A stretch of 64,000 nucleotides of DNA from assembly GCA_018062765.1 (NCBI GenBank), contig JAGORR010000001.1, forward strand, positions 570,485-634,484, read 5' to 3'. This DNA is from Minisyncoccota bacterium. GTDB taxonomy: Bacteria; Patescibacteriota; Minisyncoccia; Phycocordibacterales; Phycocordibacteraceae. Made by a program: the position numbers and the translations under genes. Shown here piece after piece: positions 59,519 through 64,000 of the stretch (its first letter is position 1; each line of letters opens with the position of its first letter). A model generated the notes under the pieces. The model saw only the letters and a program-made list of their open reading frames with translations. It was not told the origin of the DNA and made no database searches.

Positions 59519-62500
59519 ATGGCACACGGGTACACGCATCTTCACACCCACTCTCACTACTCCTTCCTGCAGGCGCTCCCCAAGGTGCCGGACCTGGTAA
59601 AAAAGGCGAAAAAGGAAGGGATGACTGCGCTCGGGCTCACCGACGCCGGGAACATGCATGGGGCAATCGATTTCTATAAGGACGCCAAAAAGGCCGGAAT
59701 ACATCCCGTGCTTGGTGTCGACGCGTATCTTGCTGACGGCTCCAGACTCGACCGCGAAGACCCCGCGAAGCGCTCGCGTATCGTGCTTCTTGCGGAGAAT
59801 AACGATGGGTATCAAAACCTGATGAAGCTCATTACGCTCTCGTTTACCGAGGGCTATTTCGAGCGCCCCTTGATGGACCGCGAGATACTGCGTGCACACG
59901 CGAAAGGGCTCATCGCGCTTTTACCATCGTTTGCAAGCGACATCGGCCGACTTCTCGCTTCCGGAAACGAGGAGGCGGCCGGAGCAGCACTCGCGGAGTA
60001 CCAGAGCATCTTCGGAAAAGACAATCTGTTCCTCGAAGTCACGCACCATCCAAAGGTGGAGGGGCATGCGGAGAAGATGAAAATGGTTGCCGCGCTCGGA
60101 AAGAAATCCGGTGTCCCTTTGGTCGCGCAGCACGACGTTTATTACCTTTCACCGGATGATAGCGAGGCGACAGAAGTCATGCGTCGTATCCAGCACGGGG
60201 GTGAGGGCCGCAACGAGGAAGAGGACTTTTCATTCGTCTCCGAGAAAGAAATGCTGAAGTGGTTTTCCGATATGCCGGACGCAGTTGCGCGTTCAGGCGA
60301 GATTGCGGAGCGCTGCCAGGTGGAGCTCACCTTAGGAAGCTGGGTGTTCCCTCAGTTCCCCACCGAGCCCGGGAAGACGCATGCTGATATGCTCCGCGAA
60401 AAAGCGTACGCGGGACTTTCTGCGCGCGGCTTGGAGCCAACCAAGGAAGTCACCGACCGTCTCGAGTACGAGCTTAAGGTCATCATCGACAAAGGCTTTG
60501 CGCCGTACTTCCTCGTGGTCGCGGACCTGCTCGCGTTCGCGCGACGCGCGGGGATTCTCACAACGACGCGCGGCTCTGCCGCAGGCTCCTTGGTTTCTTA
60601 CGCGTCCGGCATCACCAACGTCGACCCCCTTGCGTACAAACTCCCGTTCGAACGATTCCTTAACCCCGAGCGCCCAAAAGCGCCGGACGTCGACATGGAC
60701 TACGCCGATAATCGGCGCGACGAGATGATTCAGTACGCGAAGGATCGGTATGGCGCCGAGAAGGTAGCGCAGATTGGCACATTCGGCACGATGCTCGCGC
60801 GCGCGGCGGTGCGCGATATCTCGCGAGCCTTGGGACACTCTTACGGCACTGGTGACCGTATTGCGAAGCTCATACCACTAGGGAGCCAGGGATTCCCTAT
60901 GACGATAGAGCGTGCACTCGAGATGGAACCGGACCTCAAGGCCCTCTACGGAGAAGACGAGGATGCACGTGAGATTATCGATCTCGCCAAGCGCATCGAA
61001 GGATGCGCTCGTCACACCGGCGTGCATGCCGCAGGCGTGGTGATTGCACCTACCCCGCTTACAGAATGGACCCCGCTGCAGGTCGATCCTAAGACCGGAA
61101 AGCTCATTACGCAGTACGACATGCACGCCATAGAGGAGGCCGGACTTCTGAAGTTCGACTTCCTCGGTATCAAGAACCTATCGATACTGGCGGACGCAGT
61201 CGCGCGCGTTCGTGAGACCAAAGGAATGGTTATCGATATCGAGACGATTCCGCTCGATGATCCTGCCACCTTCTCGATGCTCGCGCGCGGAGAGACGGAA
61301 GGCACGTTCCAGTTAAACGGCTCGGGGATGACGCGGTACTTGAAGGAGCTGAAGCCAACCACTATTCATGACATTAACGCGATGGTGGCCTTGTACCGCC
61401 CGGGCCCGATGGAAACCATCCCGCAGTACATCGAGCGCAAATCGAACCCTCGTCTCATCACCTATATAGATGAGCGCATGAAGGAATACCTCGACGCATC
61501 CTACGGGCTTCTGGTCTACCAGGACGACGTGCTTCTCACTGCCATAACTCTCGGCGGCTATTCGTGGCTTGAGGCCGATACCTTGCGTAAGGCGATGGGT
61601 AAGAAGATTCCGGCAGAAATGGAGGCGCAGAAGCAGAAGCTACTCGACGGGTTTAAGACCTACGGAAAAATCTCGGACGCGAAGGCAGAGCGCATATGGA
61701 AACTAATCGAGCCGTTCGCTGCCTACGGATTCAATAAGGCGCATGCCGCAAGCTACGGTAAAGTCGCGTACCAGACCGCCTACATGAAGGCCAATTATCC
61801 CGTGGAATACATGGCGGCGCTCCTCACCGCTGACGCGGGCGACACGGAATCCATCGCCATACTCGTCGCCGAGTCTGAACGGCTCCACATCCCCATCCTT
61901 CCGCCGGACGTTAATGAGAGCGGCAGCGTATTCACGGTTGTCGGGGACGCGCACGATGCGATACGGTTCGGTCTCTCCTCAATTAAGAACTTTGGCGAAG
62001 GTATCTCAGAGGCGATACTCGAAGAGCGCGTCGCAAACGGCCCGTATGCATCTTTGGCAGACTTCCTTGCACGTGTCGCCTCTCGAAATCTCAATAAGAA
62101 ATCCCTCGAATCCCTCATCAAGGCGGGTGCCCTAGATCGCTTCGCACCCGAGGAAGGCGGGCGCGGAACCCTCTTGCAGAATATCGATCATCTTTTGGCA
62201 TATCATCGTGAGGCATCGGCATCAGGAAAAGCGCAGGACTCTCTGTTTGGCGCTATGCCGCCGCCCTCTCTTACGCTCACGCCTGGTGTCCCTATTACCC
62301 TTTCCGAACAGCTAGTTTCGGAAAAGGAGCTCCTTGGTATTTACGTCTCAGGGCACCCGTTGGACGCGCATGAGGAGAAAGTAAGCAAAGCTGCGACCAC
62401 TATCGGCGGCATACAAGAGAATCCAAAGAAGGGATTCCCTGTCATCCTTCCTGTACTGGTTGGCGAAGTTCGCACCGTGCTCACGAAGAAGGGCGAGAAG

Positions 62501-62677
62501 ATGGCGTTCGTACGATTCGAGGACAAGAGCGGCTCCATCGAAGCGGTACTGTTCCCCAAGCTCTACAAGGAACGTTCGGAACTCCTTACCCCTGGTAACT
62601 GTCTCCTCATAAAAGCGAATGTTTCGGAGCGAAACGGCGAGATATCCTTGGCGCTCGATAACCTAAAGGCGCTGTGA
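59519..62677 (+). CDS. dnaE: DNA polymerase III alpha subunit
   Basis: PHP-domain start MAHGYTHLHTHSHYSFL. Polymerase core. C-terminal OB fold. ~1052 aa. The track ORF from 59003 is an artifactual N-extension. Confidence 0.9.
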   Translation: MAHGYTHLHTHSHYSFLQALPKVPDLVKKAKKEGMTALGLTDAGNMHGAIDFYKDAKKAGIHPVLGVDAYLADGSRLDREDPAKRSRIVLLAENNDGYQNLMKLITLSFTEGYFERPLMDREILRAHAKGLIALLPSFASDIGRLLASGNEEAAGAALAEYQSIFGKDNLFLEVTHHPKVEGHAEKMKMVAALGKKSGVPLVAQHDVYYLSPDDSEATEVMRRIQHGGEGRNEEEDFSFVSEKEMLKWFSDMPDAVARSGEIAERCQVELTLGSWVFPQFPTEPGKTHADMLREKAYAGLSARGLEPTKEVTDRLEYELKVIIDKGFAPYFLVVADLLAFARRAGILTTTRGSAAGSLVSYASGITNVDPLAYKLPFERFLNPERPKAPDVDMDYADNRRDEMIQYAKDRYGAEKVAQIGTFGTMLARAAVRDISRALGHSYGTGDRIAKLIPLGSQGFPMTIERALEMEPDLKALYGEDEDAREIIDLAKRIEGCARHTGVHAAGVVIAPTPLTEWTPLQVDPKTGKLITQYDMHAIEEAGLLKFDFLGIKNLSILADAVARVRETKGMVIDIETIPLDDPATFSMLARGETEGTFQLNGSGMTRYLKELKPTTIHDINAMVALYRPGPMETIPQYIERKSNPRLITYIDERMKEYLDASYGLLVYQDDVLLTAITLGGYSWLEADTLRKAMGKKIPAEMEAQKQKLLDGFKTYGKISDAKAERIWKLIEPFAAYGFNKAHAASYGKVAYQTAYMKANYPVEYMAALLTADAGDTESIAILVAESERLHIPILPPDVNESGSVFTVVGDAHDAIRFGLSSIKNFGEGISEAILEERVANGPYASLADFLARVASRNLNKKSLESLIKAGALDRFAPEEGGRGTLLQNIDHLLAYHREASASGKAQDSLFGAMPPPSLTLTPGVPITLSEQLVSEKELLGIYVSGHPLDAHEEKVSKAATTIGGIQENPKKGFPVILPVLVGEVRTVLTKKGEKMAFVRFEDKSGSIEAVLFPKLYKERSELLTPGNCLLIKANVSERNGEISLALDNLKAL

Positions 62678-62732
62678 TAGCGTACACACGGAAAGCGAGT
62701 CTAGAGGCTCACTCATACAAATAGGAGGCCCC

Positions 62733-63032
62733 ATGGCCAACGCAGAATTCGAGAGTCTTATGGAAGCGCTCGGAAGGCCTTTGAGTATGGAGAAAGAGGC
62801 CCTGCGCGATATGAGCAACGCGCTCAAAAATTTTGAGGACGCACAGGTCCTCGACCCTCACGTTATCCGTGTACTTGGAAATCTGGAGCAGCGGATCGCA
62901 ACCATCCGCATGACCCACGGCCCGATGAAGCGGCTCACGGAGCTCACTGATGCGGTCCTCGAAGGCCCGTATACACCATCGGTAGGCCTCGGCCCCAACT
63001 TCACCAAACCCGGAGGGCACGCCGATGGGTAA
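62733..63032 (+). CDS. Small acidic hypothetical protein
   Basis: 99 aa. AGGAGG SD before the ATG. 8-nt overlap with the next ORF. Confidence 0.4.
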   Translation: MANAEFESLMEALGRPLSMEKEALRDMSNALKNFEDAQVLDPHVIRVLGNLEQRIATIRMTHGPMKRLTELTDAVLEGPYTPSVGLGPNFTKPGGHADG

Positions 63033-63315
63033 GCGCCCGATGACTGCCAAACAGAAGCTCAAACATCTGAAGCGTCGGCTCGGCGTGACCGATAGCGGCC
63101 ACTTCGACGCTTTATTGGGCCGTCTTATCCGGGAGAAGAATCTCTCGATACTGGACGCCGAGCCGCACTACGGGAAGCCAGTCCACAACCGGCTTCGCGA
63201 GGACCTGCGGCGCCACGCTGCGGAGCTGAAGCACGGTGGGGACGGTACCCGAAGACGCTCGTTCACGCCGCTTCGTACGCCTATGTACGGACGCCCGCGA
63301 CGCCTCAATCCCTAG
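63025..63315 (+). CDS. Small basic hypothetical protein
   Basis: 96 aa. Translationally coupled to the preceding ORF. Terminator-like hairpin follows. Confidence 0.4.
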   Translation: MGKRPMTAKQKLKHLKRRLGVTDSGHFDALLGRLIREKNLSILDAEPHYGKPVHNRLREDLRRHAAELKHGGDGTRRRSFTPLRTPMYGRPRRLNP

Positions 63316-63325
63316 ATACTCCAGA

Positions 63326-63353
63326 ACGCCGACCGGAATCCCGGCCGGCGTTT
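63326..63353 (+). terminator. Hairpin downstream of the small-gene pair
   Basis: AACGCCGACCGG-aatc-CCGGCCGGCGTT (1 mismatch), followed by TATGCTAT. Confidence 0.4.
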
Positions 63354-63372
63354 ATGCTATCCTCCTTCCTAC

Positions 63373-64000
63373 ATGGCCTCACTTCCCGAAAAGCGACACA
63401 CGCTCGCCCACCTCCTCGCGGCTGCCGTCCTTGAACGGTTCCCCCACGCCAAAGCGACTATCGGGCCCGCTATTGATAACGGCTTCTATTACGACTTTGA
63501 TTTCAGCGCCGGAGAAAAACCGGGAGACGCGGACCTAGAGTCCCTTACTTCTGCCATGCGCGAGATGCTCGCTGCGTGGGAGTCGATGCACGGGACGGAA
63601 GTGTCTCTTGAAGACGCGCGCGACCGGTTCAAGAGCAACGCATATAAGCTCGAGCTCATCGAGGAGATTTCCGCTAAGGGAGAGCCGGTAACGCTCTACA
63701 CCGCAGCCGGATTCACGGACCTCTGCCGCGGCGGGCACTCGGAGACGCCGAAGCATGACATCCCTGCCGACTCGTTCGTCCTCGACCGCATCGCAGGCGC
63801 CTATTGGCGCGGGGACGAGAAGAACGCGATGCTTACGCGCATCTACGGTCTCGCTTTCGAGGGCAAAGAGGAGCTCGAGGCGTACCAGGCTCAGCGTGAA
63901 GAGGCGCTCGCACGCGACCATAAGAAGCTTGGGAAAGAGCTCGATTTATTTGTTTTCTCGGACGTCGTCGGCAAAGGACTTCCCCTTTTCACCCCGAAGG
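63373..64000 (+). CDS. thrS: Threonine--tRNA ligase, N-terminally short form (5' part, continues beyond window)
   Basis: HxxxH editing/second-additional-domain motif (HTLAHLL). Then RDHKKLGKELDLF...GKGLPLFTPK typical of the ThrRS catalytic-core entry. No TGS domain. Confidence 0.8.
   Translation, partial: MASLPEKRHTLAHLLAAAVLERFPHAKATIGPAIDNGFYYDFDFSAGEKPGDADLESLTSAMREMLAAWESMHGTEVSLEDARDRFKSNAYKLELIEEISAKGEPVTLYTAAGFTDLCRGGHSETPKHDIPADSFVLDRIAGAYWRGDEKNAMLTRIYGLAFEGKEELEAYQAQREEALARDHKKLGKELDLFVFSDVVGKGLPLFTPK

Overview
High-GC (~60%) bacterial chromosomal window, gene-dense on both strands. The core is informational genes. rpoB (1062 aa) and rpoC (1236 aa) are followed co-directionally by dnaG and rpoD on the minus strand. 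Also present: dnaE (~1052 aa), rnhB, rnc, a NusB-Nudix fusion, rpmF, rpsP, a KH protein, trmD, hisS, thrS (partial), prmC, a truB-like gene, an RsuA/RluB-type pseudouridine synthase, RNase R, an SMC-like ATPase (733 aa) and one tRNA-Thr(CGU). The short core enzymes and rearranged operon synteny suggest a reduced-genome lineage, possibly Patescibacteria/CPR-like. That is an inference, not proven. Accessory content includes a PspA/IM30 gene coupled to a large TPM-domain, coiled-coil, Ser/Gly-tail membrane protein, with flanking small membrane proteins. There is a MASE1-like hybrid histidine kinase with an OmpR regulator and a second kinase. There is a GcrA-like regulator. There is a bacterial SET-domain protein in a 3-gene operon. 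A RecB-like PD-(D/E)XK nuclease converges on a PolB-exo-like exonuclease. There is a standalone ParB-like protein beside an atypical OmpR-type regulator. There is a GH18 hydrolase, a VanY/M15 peptidase, purF, an MGS-like protein, glutamate dehydrogenase, two GNAT acetyltransferases, an ABC-2 exporter pair and many small membrane proteins. Non-coding structure is rich. There are many intrinsic-terminator hairpins, several belonging to repeated sequence families. A composite palindrome with heptamer tandem arrays lies between rpoC and dnaG. A ~52-bp tandem duplication with tRNA-end-like motifs and an AT-rich two-gene islet lie next to tRNA-Thr. There are several structured leaders. No CRISPR array, rRNA or obvious IS element was seen.
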